Shown: piece by piece, positions 20,666 to 29,253 of the stretch
Layout: the number at the start of each line of letters is the position of its first letter
Position numbering within the stretch: position 1 is the stretch's first letter
From: an uncultured Flavobacteriaceae bacterium
GTDB lineage: Bacteria > Bacteroidota > Bacteroidia > Flavobacteriales > Flavobacteriaceae
Assembly: GCA_905181825.1 (NCBI GenBank)
Contig: CAJIZJ010000022.1
Location: 10,794 to 74,793 of the forward strand
Reading direction: 5' to 3'
Length of the DNA: 64,000 nucleotides
Translations under genes and position numbers: made by a program
Notes under the pieces: generated by a model
Databases searched by the model: none
Told to the model about the DNA's origin: nothing
The model's input: the letters and a program-made list of their open reading frames with translations, nothing else

Positions 20666-21313
20666 CTATTTTTTTAAAACTAGATTTAACATCGTTTTAA
20701 TTTCGATCAACACCATTGCGGTTGCGCCCCATACAACATGGCCATTAAATATAAATGATGGCACTAAATGAGGAACCCCTTCAGTATCCAAAACTGTAGA
20801 ATTTACTTCAAAATCATCATTTAAAAAATCTGATATCGAAACTTCAATAACAGCCTCTACTTCAGACTCTTGTAATATAAATTTTAAAGGCAGTTTTGAA
20901 ATCCCGACAAAGGGGTGTACTTGAAAATTACTAGGAGGAATATAAATAGGTGAGATCTCTCTGAAAACTGTAATTTTTTCAGACGATACTCCTATTTCCT
21001 CCCAAGTCTCTCGAACTGCGGTATCTTTCAAAGAAGCATCTTCTAATTCTGGTTTGCCCCCAGGAAACCCGACCTGAGCCGAATGAACTCCGTTATATAC
21101 TTTTCTTAAGATTAAAACTATATTGGTGTCTCCTGTACTACTAGGGTAAAATAAGGAAAGTACCGCAGCCAGTTTTGCTGACTTACGCGCTTCTATAAAA
21201 TGTTCAATAAGTTTTTTACGAAATGAGGGCGCCATTTTTAATTGCGTCTCTAGCCCTGGTAAACTAAGTTTATTTATTTCTGGGATTACTTTTTCAAATG
21301 CTTTAAATCTCAT
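20666..21313 (-). CDS. Nudix CoA pyrophosphatase (NudL/PCD1-like)
   Basis: HSAQVGFPGG; Nudix box TAVRETWEEIG; VWGATA. Confidence 0.9.
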   Translation of the reverse strand: MRFKAFEKVIPEINKLSLPGLETQLKMAPSFRKKLIEHFIEARKSAKLAAVLSLFYPSSTGDTNIVLILRKVYNGVHSAQVGFPGGKPELEDASLKDTAVRETWEEIGVSSEKITVFREISPIYIPPSNFQVHPFVGISKLPLKFILQESEVEAVIEVSISDFLNDDFEVNSTVLDTEGVPHLVPSFIFNGHVVWGATAMVLIEIKTMLNLVLKK

Positions 21314-21339
21314 ATATTGGAAATAAATTTCTAATAGCT

Positions 21340-22038
21340 ATGCGCATCTTAATTATTTTCTTAGTATTTCTCTCTTTATATTGTTGTCAAGGTAAGAAAA
21401 CTAGAATGATTACAAATGACGTTAACACAAGTATAGTAAAATCAATAAAAAATGACTCGATTATTGTATCAAAAGAGGCTGATTTTGTAGTAACAGATAA
21501 AAATGTGATGGAATTCCTAGTAGACTATGGTAAAAAAAACACAGAAAATACGCTACGAATAATAACTGATTATGGTTCTATTGATATCCTTTTGTTTAAA
21601 AATACCAAGTTTCATCGGGCGAACTTTGTATACCTCGCAAAAAAAAAATACTTCAATAACACTCAGTTTTACAGAGTCATTTCTAATTTTGTGATCCAAG
21701 GGGGTAATAGTGATGACCGTATTACTTTAAAAAAACGGCAAGCTATTGGCAAATACTTACTTCCTAACGACTACGATAAAGGATACAAGCACGACAGAGG
21801 CATGCTAAGTATGCCAAGCAAAAACATAGAAAACCCTTATAAGAAAGCCTCCCCTTTTGAGTTTTTTATTGTTCAACAAAAGGGCGGAGCGCACCACTTG
21901 GATGGCGATTATACTGTTTTTGGAAAAGTCATAAAGGGAATGGAGATAGTAGATCGAATTGCAGCAGTTCCTACTGATGCATCAGATTGGCCTCTACAAA
22001 ACGTGTTTATAAAAGACATTTCAATCATAAAACAATAA
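21340..22038 (+). CDS. Cyclophilin-type peptidyl-prolyl isomerase, probable lipoprotein
   Basis: FYRVISNFVIQGG, EFFIV, HLDGDYTVFGKVIKGMEIVDRI. Confidence 0.9.
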   Translation: MRILIIFLVFLSLYCCQGKKTRMITNDVNTSIVKSIKNDSIIVSKEADFVVTDKNVMEFLVDYGKKNTENTLRIITDYGSIDILLFKNTKFHRANFVYLAKKKYFNNTQFYRVISNFVIQGGNSDDRITLKKRQAIGKYLLPNDYDKGYKHDRGMLSMPSKNIENPYKKASPFEFFIVQQKGGAHHLDGDYTVFGKVIKGMEIVDRIAAVPTDASDWPLQNVFIKDISIIKQ

Positions 22039-22086
22039 AAATTAAGTAAATTGTAAAGATCATTTTAAAAATTTAAAAATAAACTC

Positions 22087-24225
22087 ATGGATATTTCTGT
22101 ACCAACCTCTTTTATTAAAGTATTTTACTTGAGTCTTTTAACCTTCGTTATAAGTTGTAAAAAGGACATGAAAATACAAAGTGAAAATATATTATTACAA
22201 GAATGGCAAGGCCCTTATGGAGGTGTCCCTGCTTTTGACAAAATGGATGTCAAAGACATTCAAGAAGCTGTAGAAAAAGGTATGGAACTCAACCTTTCGG
22301 AGATCGAAGCGATCGCAAATTCAACAAAAGAAGCTACTTTTGAAAATACTATAGAAGCTCTGGAACGTTCAGGTGCTGAATTAGATCGTGTTTTTTCATA
22401 TTATGGAATTATGAGCAGTAACGTTTCGTCTGCTGAGTTTAGAGAGATTCAATCTAATTTAGCACCTAAATTATCCGTGTTTTCTTCTACTATAAGTCAA
22501 AACAAAGCATTATTTGATAGAATTAAAACTATTTATGATGCATCATTAATTAACGCATTGGAATCTGATAAACAGCGAGTACTATTACTTACTTATAATA
22601 GTTTTGCAATGAAAGGTGCAGAATTGGATGCCGACAAAAAATTACGTTACGCCGCGATTGATGAAGAATTATCAACTCTGTACAATACATTTTCAGATAA
22701 TGTACTTCACGACGAAGAAAATTATGTAACGTATTTGAATGCCTATCAATTAGATGGACTTTCTGAAGGGTTTATTAAATCAGCCGCCGCTATTGCCACT
22801 GAAAAAGAAAAAGAAGGAAGCTATGCGATCACGAACACGCGTTCTTCTATGGATCCATTCCTTACCTATTCTACAAACAGAGACTTAAGAAAACTAGTTT
22901 GGACTAATTACTATGCTAGAGGAGATAACGGAGGGGATTACGACAATAATGTTATTATCGCAGAAATTTTAAAATTAAGACGTGAACGCGTTGAATTACT
23001 AGGATTTAAAAATTATGCCGAATGGCGTTTACAAGATCGAATGGCTAAAAATCCTGAAAATGCATTAGCATTAATGGAGGCTGTTTGGCCAGCTTCAGTT
23101 GCCCGTGTAAATGAAGAGGTGGCTGACATGCAGACAGTTGCAGATGCTAATGGAGATGGCATTACTATAGAGCCATGGGACTATCGTTACTATGCCGAAA
23201 AAGTAAGACTTGATAAATACGATTTAAACAGTGATGAGGTCAAACAATACCTTCAACTTGACAAGCTAAGAGATGCTATGTTTTATGTAGCAGGTCGCTT
23301 GTTTAATTATAACTTCAGTCCTGTGCCAGAAGGAAGTGTTCCTGTATTTCAAGAAGACGTAAAGGTGTGGGAAGTCACAGACAAAGACTCTGGAACACAT
23401 ATTGGGCTTTGGTATCTTGACCCATATGCGCGACAAGGAAAGCGATCTGGAGCATGGGCTACTACCTATAGAAGCCATACAACCTTTGATGGTAAAAAAA
23501 CAGTGTTAGCTTCCAATAACTCAAACTTTGTGAAACCAGCGGCCGGAGAGGCTTTATTGGTCTCTTGGGATGATGCTACCACTTTCTTTCACGAATTTGG
23601 GCATGCTTTACATTTCTTTTCTTCAAATGTAAAATACCCAACATTAAATGGAGGAGTAAGAGATTATACGGAGTTTCAATCTCAACTTTTAGAACGATGG
23701 TTATCTACTGATGAAGTTATAAATCAGTTTTTAGTGCATTACAAAACAGGAGCTATTATTCCACAAGAGCTGGTTGTTAAAATTAAGAAAGCAGCGACGT
23801 TTAACCAAGGATTTGGAACTACCGAATATTTAGCTTCCGCCTTAATGGATATGAAACTTCACCTTGCTGATCCAGAAAATATTGATATTGACACATTTGA
23901 ACGACAAACTTTAGCAGAACTAAAAATGCCCTCAGAACTTCCAATGCGCCATCGAACGCCTCATTTTGGACACGTATTTTCTGGCGAAGGCTATGCGACC
24001 GCTTATTATGGTTACATGTGGGCAGATGTACTTACAGCTGATGCAGCTGAAGCATTTCAAGAAGCTCCAGGTGGATTTTATGATAAAGAGCTAGCAAATC
24101 GATTGGTTAAATATTTATTTGAGCCTAGAAACTCTATAGACCCAGAAAAAGCCTATCGAATGTTTAGAGGTAGAGATGCTAAAATTGAAGCCTTAATGAG
24201 AGACCGTGGATTCCCTGTAAATTAA
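22087..24225 (+). CDS. dcp: M3-family metallopeptidase (peptidyl-dipeptidase Dcp-like), lipoprotein
   Basis: Lipobox VISC; KRSGAW, FHEFGHALH (HEXXH), DYTEFQSQLLE, HVFSGEGY..AYYGYMWA. Confidence 0.9.
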   Translation: MDISVPTSFIKVFYLSLLTFVISCKKDMKIQSENILLQEWQGPYGGVPAFDKMDVKDIQEAVEKGMELNLSEIEAIANSTKEATFENTIEALERSGAELDRVFSYYGIMSSNVSSAEFREIQSNLAPKLSVFSSTISQNKALFDRIKTIYDASLINALESDKQRVLLLTYNSFAMKGAELDADKKLRYAAIDEELSTLYNTFSDNVLHDEENYVTYLNAYQLDGLSEGFIKSAAAIATEKEKEGSYAITNTRSSMDPFLTYSTNRDLRKLVWTNYYARGDNGGDYDNNVIIAEILKLRRERVELLGFKNYAEWRLQDRMAKNPENALALMEAVWPASVARVNEEVADMQTVADANGDGITIEPWDYRYYAEKVRLDKYDLNSDEVKQYLQLDKLRDAMFYVAGRLFNYNFSPVPEGSVPVFQEDVKVWEVTDKDSGTHIGLWYLDPYARQGKRSGAWATTYRSHTTFDGKKTVLASNNSNFVKPAAGEALLVSWDDATTFFHEFGHALHFFSSNVKYPTLNGGVRDYTEFQSQLLERWLSTDEVINQFLVHYKTGAIIPQELVVKIKKAATFNQGFGTTEYLASALMDMKLHLADPENIDIDTFERQTLAELKMPSELPMRHRTPHFGHVFSGEGYATAYYGYMWADVLTADAAEAFQEAPGGFYDKELANRLVKYLFEPRNSIDPEKAYRMFRGRDAKIEALMRDRGFPVN

Positions 24226-24242
24226 TAATCATTTAATTTTAT

Positions 24243-24275
24243 AAAAAAGCTTATTCAATTGAATAAGCTTTTTTT
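24243..24275 (+). terminator. Intrinsic terminator after dcp
   Basis: Perfect 32-bp palindrome AAAAAAGCTTATTCAA|TTGAATAAGCTTTTTT. Confidence 0.85.
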
Positions 24276-24354
24276 ATTTAATCAAAGTAAATATCTATTT
24301 GAACATTGCCTATTAATAGTTTTTATTTATAGCTTTGTGGTAATTATAATTATT

Positions 24355-25293
24355 ATGACAATTACCCAACTCCATTATGTGTTAGCTGTTGCTGAACACC
24401 AAAATTTCACTAAAGCTGCCGAAAAATGTTTTGTAACTCAGCCAACCTTAAGTATGCAAATTCAAAAACTTGAAGACCAATTAGGTATTCAAATTTTTGA
24501 TCGTAGTAAAAAACCCATTGAACTTACAGAAGTGGGAACGAAAATTGTAAATCAAGCAAAAAACATAGTCAATGAAGCCGATAGGATCAATGATATTGTA
24601 GATCAGCAAAAAGGATTTATAGGGGGTGAATTTAGATTAGGGATTATTCCAACGGTTATGCCAACTTTACTTCCTATGTTTTTAAAAACTTTTATAAAGC
24701 GCTATCCAAAAGTAAAATTAAAAATAGAAGAACTAACCACAGAAGAAATTGTTCAACGGATTAAAGATGGTCATTTAGATGCTGCAATTGCGGCAACTCC
24801 GTTAAAAAATGACCAAATAAAAGAACGTGTTTTATTTTATGAGCCTTTTGTGGGGTATGTTCCTAAAAACCATCGACTCTCTTCAAAGCAAAAACTTGAA
24901 GTTTCAGATTTAAATATTGATGAAATGCTTCTTTTAGAAGATGGACATTGTTTTAGGGATGGTGTTATAAATTTATGTAAAGCTTTGAAAGCACAAAATA
25001 CGAATGAATTTCAGTTGGAGAGTGGAAGTATTGAAATGCTAATAAAGTTAGCCAATGAAGGAATGGGAATGACACTTCTACCCTATTTACACACTCTAGA
25101 TTTGAAAGAAAATGAACAAGAAAACTTACGCTTTTTCAATGAACCCTCACCTGCAAGAGAAGTCAGCTTAATATATCATAAAAGTGAATTGAAGATTCAA
25201 ATTACAGAAGCACTTCACACTATTATATCTGGAATCATTCGCGGGGCGATCGCCTTTCAAAACGTACAAATAATAAGTCCTATTGTTAAATAA
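24355..25293 (+). CDS. oxyR: Hydrogen-peroxide-inducible LysR regulator OxyR
   Basis: True start is MTITQL at 24355; the ORF-track extension runs through the dcp terminator. LysR HTH FTKAAEKCFVTQPTLSMQI; redox cysteines in EDGHCFRDGVINLC; -7 element TAGCTTTG at 24330-24337. Confidence 0.92.
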   Translation: MTITQLHYVLAVAEHQNFTKAAEKCFVTQPTLSMQIQKLEDQLGIQIFDRSKKPIELTEVGTKIVNQAKNIVNEADRINDIVDQQKGFIGGEFRLGIIPTVMPTLLPMFLKTFIKRYPKVKLKIEELTTEEIVQRIKDGHLDAAIAATPLKNDQIKERVLFYEPFVGYVPKNHRLSSKQKLEVSDLNIDEMLLLEDGHCFRDGVINLCKALKAQNTNEFQLESGSIEMLIKLANEGMGMTLLPYLHTLDLKENEQENLRFFNEPSPAREVSLIYHKSELKIQITEALHTIISGIIRGAIAFQNVQIISPIVK

Positions 25294-25317
25294 AAAGAGC
25301 GACTTAAAAGCCGCTCT
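25292..25317 (-). terminator. Terminator hairpin between convergent oxyR and the 64-aa gene
   Basis: AGAGCG..CGCTCT stem; the A run on its left gives a U tract on the minus strand. Confidence 0.6.
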
Positions 25318-25341
25318 AATAGTTTACATATTAACTAAAGA

Positions 25342-25536
25342 CTAATTCAAATAAACCATACATTGTTTCAAGTCAGGATTCACATGAACCAATCTTTGAA
25401 TAAATAATTTTAATTCTTCAATTTCGTATGGGAGCAATCTTAATATCGCTTTTTGAACTTCTTTACAAAATAAAGACGGATCGAAACTAACTTTATTAAG
25501 TACCGTTTTGGTATACTCAAACATTGCTCTTGACAT
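25342..25536 (-). CDS. Small hypothetical protein (64 aa), conserved-looking Bacteroidota family
   Basis: MSRAMFEYTKTVLNKVSFD..LFCKE..KA...LLPYEIEEL; has its own -7-like element (TATATTTA, 25610-25603) and a terminator. Confidence 0.8.
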   Translation of the reverse strand: MSRAMFEYTKTVLNKVSFDPSLFCKEVQKAILRLLPYEIEELKLFIQRLVHVNPDLKQCMVYLN

Positions 25537-25660
25537 ATTTATAAAAATTTAAATTATTAAAAAGTAATGTTATTGAATAGGCGAGTATTTAAAGTTATTT
25601 AATAAATATAAATCAATTTTTAGACCTAAAAATTAACTTTAACACTAAATTCTGATAAGA

Positions 25661-26116
25661 TTATGATTTCAGCTTGACCGACCATTCAAATTCAAAAGAG
25701 GACACTTCGTCTCCATGTTTATCAACCCCAGCTGCTGTTAAATAAAAACGCTGACCTTCTCCAGTTACAATCGCTTTTTCAATTGCTGTATCTACAACAG
25801 CCCCTTGATTACAGGAAAATGTAATCAACCCTTTTGCTTTTTTACTGAAAGAGGCTTTATTGTTAACTACCAACATTGAGATAGATTTATTAGAAGCTTT
25901 GATTTTCATCATAAGCAAGGCTCCTGTTGATAATTCAGCTGCCATTCCTTGAACAGCCCAAAACATAGACCTAAAAGGGTTTTGGTTTATCCAGCGGTGC
26001 TTAACTACTACCACACACCTTTGATCGTCCAAAAACCTAGTTCTTACGCCTGTTAAAAAGGCGGATGGGAGTTTAAATGCTAAAAATAAATTAAGTTTTC
26101 TGGGTGTAAAAGTCAT
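25661..26116 (-). CDS. DUF4442/PaaI-like hotdog-fold thioesterase
   Basis: NQNPFRSMFWAVQGMAAELSTG; F.KKAKG.ITF.C. Confidence 0.82.
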   Translation of the reverse strand: MTFTPRKLNLFLAFKLPSAFLTGVRTRFLDDQRCVVVVKHRWINQNPFRSMFWAVQGMAAELSTGALLMMKIKASNKSISMLVVNNKASFSKKAKGLITFSCNQGAVVDTAIEKAIVTGEGQRFYLTAAGVDKHGDEVSSFEFEWSVKLKS

Positions 26117-26192
26117 GTATATTATAAAACTAGTGAGCTAATATAGCAAAATTAAAATTAGTTTAAAATGTTAATTTAATGTTAATTTATAA

Positions 26193-26211
26193 TACTATGC
26201 TATACATAATA
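26193..26211. promoter_or_regulatory. Imperfect palindrome, probable PadR operator
   Basis: TACTATG-ctata-CATAATA just upstream of the -7-like TATATTAG (26220-26227) of the padR gene. Confidence 0.55.
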
Positions 26212-26249
26212 CCTTTTTATATATTAGATTCACCAAAAATGATAGATCA

Positions 26250-26591
26250 ATGAAGATAGAAAACACAAAAGCACAAATGCGAAAAGGTGTTTTAGAGTTC
26301 TGCATATTATCGGTTTTAAAAAACCAAGATGCGTATGTTGCTGAAATTTTAAAAACACTGAAAGAGGCGAAAATGTTAGTGGTAGAAGGTACCATTTACC
26401 CCCTCCTCACCCGTCTAAAAAATGCTGGATTACTCAATTACCGTTGGGAAGAATCCACTACAGGTCCCCCTAGAAAATATTATGCACTCACTGAAAATGG
26501 GCAGTTATTTTTAGTTGAATTAACGAATACATGGAACGAACTTCATAATGCAGTCACTTTAGTAACCCTACCAAAAACCACAAAAAAATGA
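26250..26591 (+). CDS. PadR-family transcriptional regulator
   Basis: QMRKGVLEFCILS, EGTIYPLLTRL, GPPRKYYALTENG. Confidence 0.93.
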   Translation: MKIENTKAQMRKGVLEFCILSVLKNQDAYVAEILKTLKEAKMLVVEGTIYPLLTRLKNAGLLNYRWEESTTGPPRKYYALTENGQLFLVELTNTWNELHNAVTLVTLPKTTKK

Positions 26592-28186
26592 ACAAAACTG
26601 TAAGTATAAATCTAGCTGGCATCTTTTTTCATATCGATGAAGATGCGTATGAAAAACTTCAAAACTATTTTGAAGCGATCAAAACATCACTTCAAAATAC
26701 AGAAGGCGCCTCTGAAATTATTACAGATATTGAAGCCCGTGTTGCAGAACTGTTTTCAGAACGAATCAAAACAAGTCAACAAGTGATTTCCAACAGAGAG
26801 GTAAATGAAATTATATCAATCATGGGGCAGCCCGAAGATTATAAAATAGATAAAGACCCTGTTGAAGATGCCCCTAAAAAAAACAATTTCAACAACAATA
26901 AACGTCGCTTATTTAGAGACCCCGACAATTCCTATGTAGGTGGTGTATCTGCTGGATTTGGACATTACTTTGGAATCGACCCTCTGATTATCAGACTCCT
27001 TTGGGTAGTGTTAATTTTTGGTGCAGGTACTGGACTGGTTCTTTACTTAATTTTATGGATTTTAATCCCTGTCGCCAATACAACCGCCGAAAAACTATCC
27101 ATGATGGGAAAGCCCGTTAACATTTCCAATATAGAAAAAAAAATAAAAGAAGAGTTTGGGAGTGTTAAAGAAAGTCTAGAACGTGTAAAAAACAGTGTCA
27201 ATAACGGTCGATTAAATGATTTGGGCACCAATATTCAATCCAAATCCCGTATATTTTTTGAAGCGTTAGGAGATATTATTTTGCTCTTATTTAATGTGTT
27301 TATTAAATTCATCGGATTGATTTTTGTAATTTCTAGTATTATAGGCCTCATTGGATTTTTTATAAGCTTATTAACCGTTGGAGTCACCGGTATTTTTCAC
27401 TTTCCAGGGCTTGACTTCGCCGATTTGGTTAACTCCTCTGGCTTAGCTCTTTGGTTAGTCTCTGTATTAGCCTTACTAATCACCGGTACTCCAATCGTAT
27501 TCATGTTGTTTTTAGGACTGAGTATGCTATCAAAACGAGTCTCATTCTTTAACAAATACACTAAATTTTCACTTTTAGGAATTTGGTTGATCGCATTGAT
27601 TACGCTCATCATTTTTGGCATGAAACAAGCAGCCGACTACAGAGTTGATGCAAGTGTGACCCAACAATCGGAATTGCCAATTACAAAAATGGATACCTTA
27701 TATCTAGAAATGAAAGGCAACCCAATGTATTCAAAATATTTGCACCGTGATACTGATTTAAATATCATATATGATGAAGCGAATACGAAACAAATTTATG
27801 GCTCTGATCTCCGTCTTATTGTGAAGTCCACAAAAGATTCTATAGCAACGATTTCTGTCGAAAAAATAGCCTTAGGAGTCAATTATGTAAGTGCACAACA
27901 AAGAGCTAAAGACATAGACTATAATTATGAATTTAAAAATAATACGTTATATCTGGATGGTTTTTTCCTAACCGAAATAGACCATAAATTTAGAGGTCAA
28001 AACGTTGAAGTTATATTACATCTACCAATTGGCAGTGTCTTGTATCCAGATGAAAACACCTATTCGTACCATCGAAACAGTCCAAGTTATAATGATATCT
28101 TAGACAATGGAAGCGAAGAACATTTTTTAAAAGTTGCCCATAAATCCATGCGTTGTTTGGATTGCCCTAACCTAAATGAATATTAA
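26588..28186 (+). CDS. PspC-domain membrane protein (N-terminal HAAS/DUF1700-like domain, PspC, TM region, C-terminal soluble domain)
   Basis: EIITDIEARVAELF..MGQPED; PspC RLFRDPDNSYVGGVSAGFGHYFGID..LYLILWILIP; ATGA overlap with padR. Confidence 0.88.
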   Translation: MNKTVSINLAGIFFHIDEDAYEKLQNYFEAIKTSLQNTEGASEIITDIEARVAELFSERIKTSQQVISNREVNEIISIMGQPEDYKIDKDPVEDAPKKNNFNNNKRRLFRDPDNSYVGGVSAGFGHYFGIDPLIIRLLWVVLIFGAGTGLVLYLILWILIPVANTTAEKLSMMGKPVNISNIEKKIKEEFGSVKESLERVKNSVNNGRLNDLGTNIQSKSRIFFEALGDIILLLFNVFIKFIGLIFVISSIIGLIGFFISLLTVGVTGIFHFPGLDFADLVNSSGLALWLVSVLALLITGTPIVFMLFLGLSMLSKRVSFFNKYTKFSLLGIWLIALITLIIFGMKQAADYRVDASVTQQSELPITKMDTLYLEMKGNPMYSKYLHRDTDLNIIYDEANTKQIYGSDLRLIVKSTKDSIATISVEKIALGVNYVSAQQRAKDIDYNYEFKNNTLYLDGFFLTEIDHKFRGQNVEVILHLPIGSVLYPDENTYSYHRNSPSYNDILDNGSEEHFLKVAHKSMRCLDCPNLNEY

Positions 28187-28206
28187 TAACCTAAAACCAA
28201 ATTATT

Positions 28207-28941
28207 ATGATGACACTTATTAAGCTAATTAGTATCGCTATTGTAGCTCTTGCTTTTAATTCCTGCCAAATCAACCCATTTTCGTTTAACAGTGGCGTTC
28301 GTGGAAACGGTGAGGTGGTCTCCGAGCAACGAACTTTAACTGAATCGTTTCATACAATCAAAGTAAGTACAGGAATCGATCTCTTTTTAACACAAAGTGA
28401 GACCCCAAGTCTTTCAGTTCAGTCCGACGAAAACATACAGGAACTAATCATCACTGAAGTTGAAAATGGAACGCTTAAAATTTATATTGATTCGAAAACC
28501 CACCATGTATCCGCAAAAAAAGTAATGGTCCACCTCAAAACAATTGAAAGTATCAATTCCTCGAGCGGTAGCTACGTTTATAGTACCAACACACTTAAAA
28601 TTCCGAGTCTCGATTTAAAATCATCGAGTGGAAGTGAGATGAAACTATCTGTGGATACCAAAAAAATATCGGGTCGAAGTTCGAGTGGAGCGGTCATGAA
28701 ACTCGAAGGTCATACAAAAGATTTTGTTGGTAAATCATCTAGTGGAAGTCAAATAAATGCTTCAAAATTAATTGCAGATTTTTGTGAAGCCGACGCGTCG
28801 AGCGGAGCCGATTTATCCGTAAATTGCTTAGAATCATTTAATGCGAATGCCTCAAGTGGAGGATACATTAAAAATTATGAATCCTCTATAAAAACAGTCG
28901 TTAATTCTTCTTCGGGTGGTCAAATAGATACAAAAAAATAA
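28207..28941 (+). CDS. DUF2807 (head-GIN/toastrack beta-solenoid) lipoprotein
   Basis: Lipobox FNSC; GVRGNG; SSG[S/A] repeats roughly every 19 aa. Confidence 0.87.
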   Translation: MMTLIKLISIAIVALAFNSCQINPFSFNSGVRGNGEVVSEQRTLTESFHTIKVSTGIDLFLTQSETPSLSVQSDENIQELIITEVENGTLKIYIDSKTHHVSAKKVMVHLKTIESINSSSGSYVYSTNTLKIPSLDLKSSSGSEMKLSVDTKKISGRSSSGAVMKLEGHTKDFVGKSSSGSQINASKLIADFCEADASSGADLSVNCLESFNANASSGGYIKNYESSIKTVVNSSSGGQIDTKK

Positions 28942-28946
28942 CCCCA

Positions 28947-29174
28947 ATGGAATCTAATTATTCAAAACTTTTTGCTGGAAGTTTTATTGTTGCACAACGC
29001 ATCGTACAAAACTTAAAAGAACAAGGCATCTCACCTATTGTCAAAGATGAAACCGAATCTGCAAGGCTTGCAGGCTTTGGCACATCAACTTACGGACTTC
29101 AAGAGTTATATGTACATGCTTCTGAAAAAGTAAAAGCAGAAACAATTGTGGCCAAAACACTAGCAGAATTCTAA
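28947..29174 (+). CDS. DUF2007-like putative signal-transducing protein
   Basis: 75 aa; LKEQGISPIVKDETESARLAGFG...ELYV. Confidence 0.75.
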   Translation: MESNYSKLFAGSFIVAQRIVQNLKEQGISPIVKDETESARLAGFGTSTYGLQELYVHASEKVKAETIVAKTLAEF

Positions 29175-29253
29175 ATTAAATAAGCGTATTTATTAATTTA
29201 AATTATGACTTTACATTAAACATTGTATTTTAGTAGATCACAATCCATTCTGT

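Noticed and set aside
24259-24354. N-terminal extension of oxyR in the ORF track
   Set aside because: It runs through the dcp terminator and the oxyR promoter; the LysR HTH begins at MTITQL (24355).
28550-28920. Recurrent TCGAGTGGA/TCGAGCGG nucleotide repeats and local CpG excess
   Set aside because: Explained by the Ser-Ser-Gly repeats of the DUF2807 beta-solenoid; not a DNA element or evidence of transfer.
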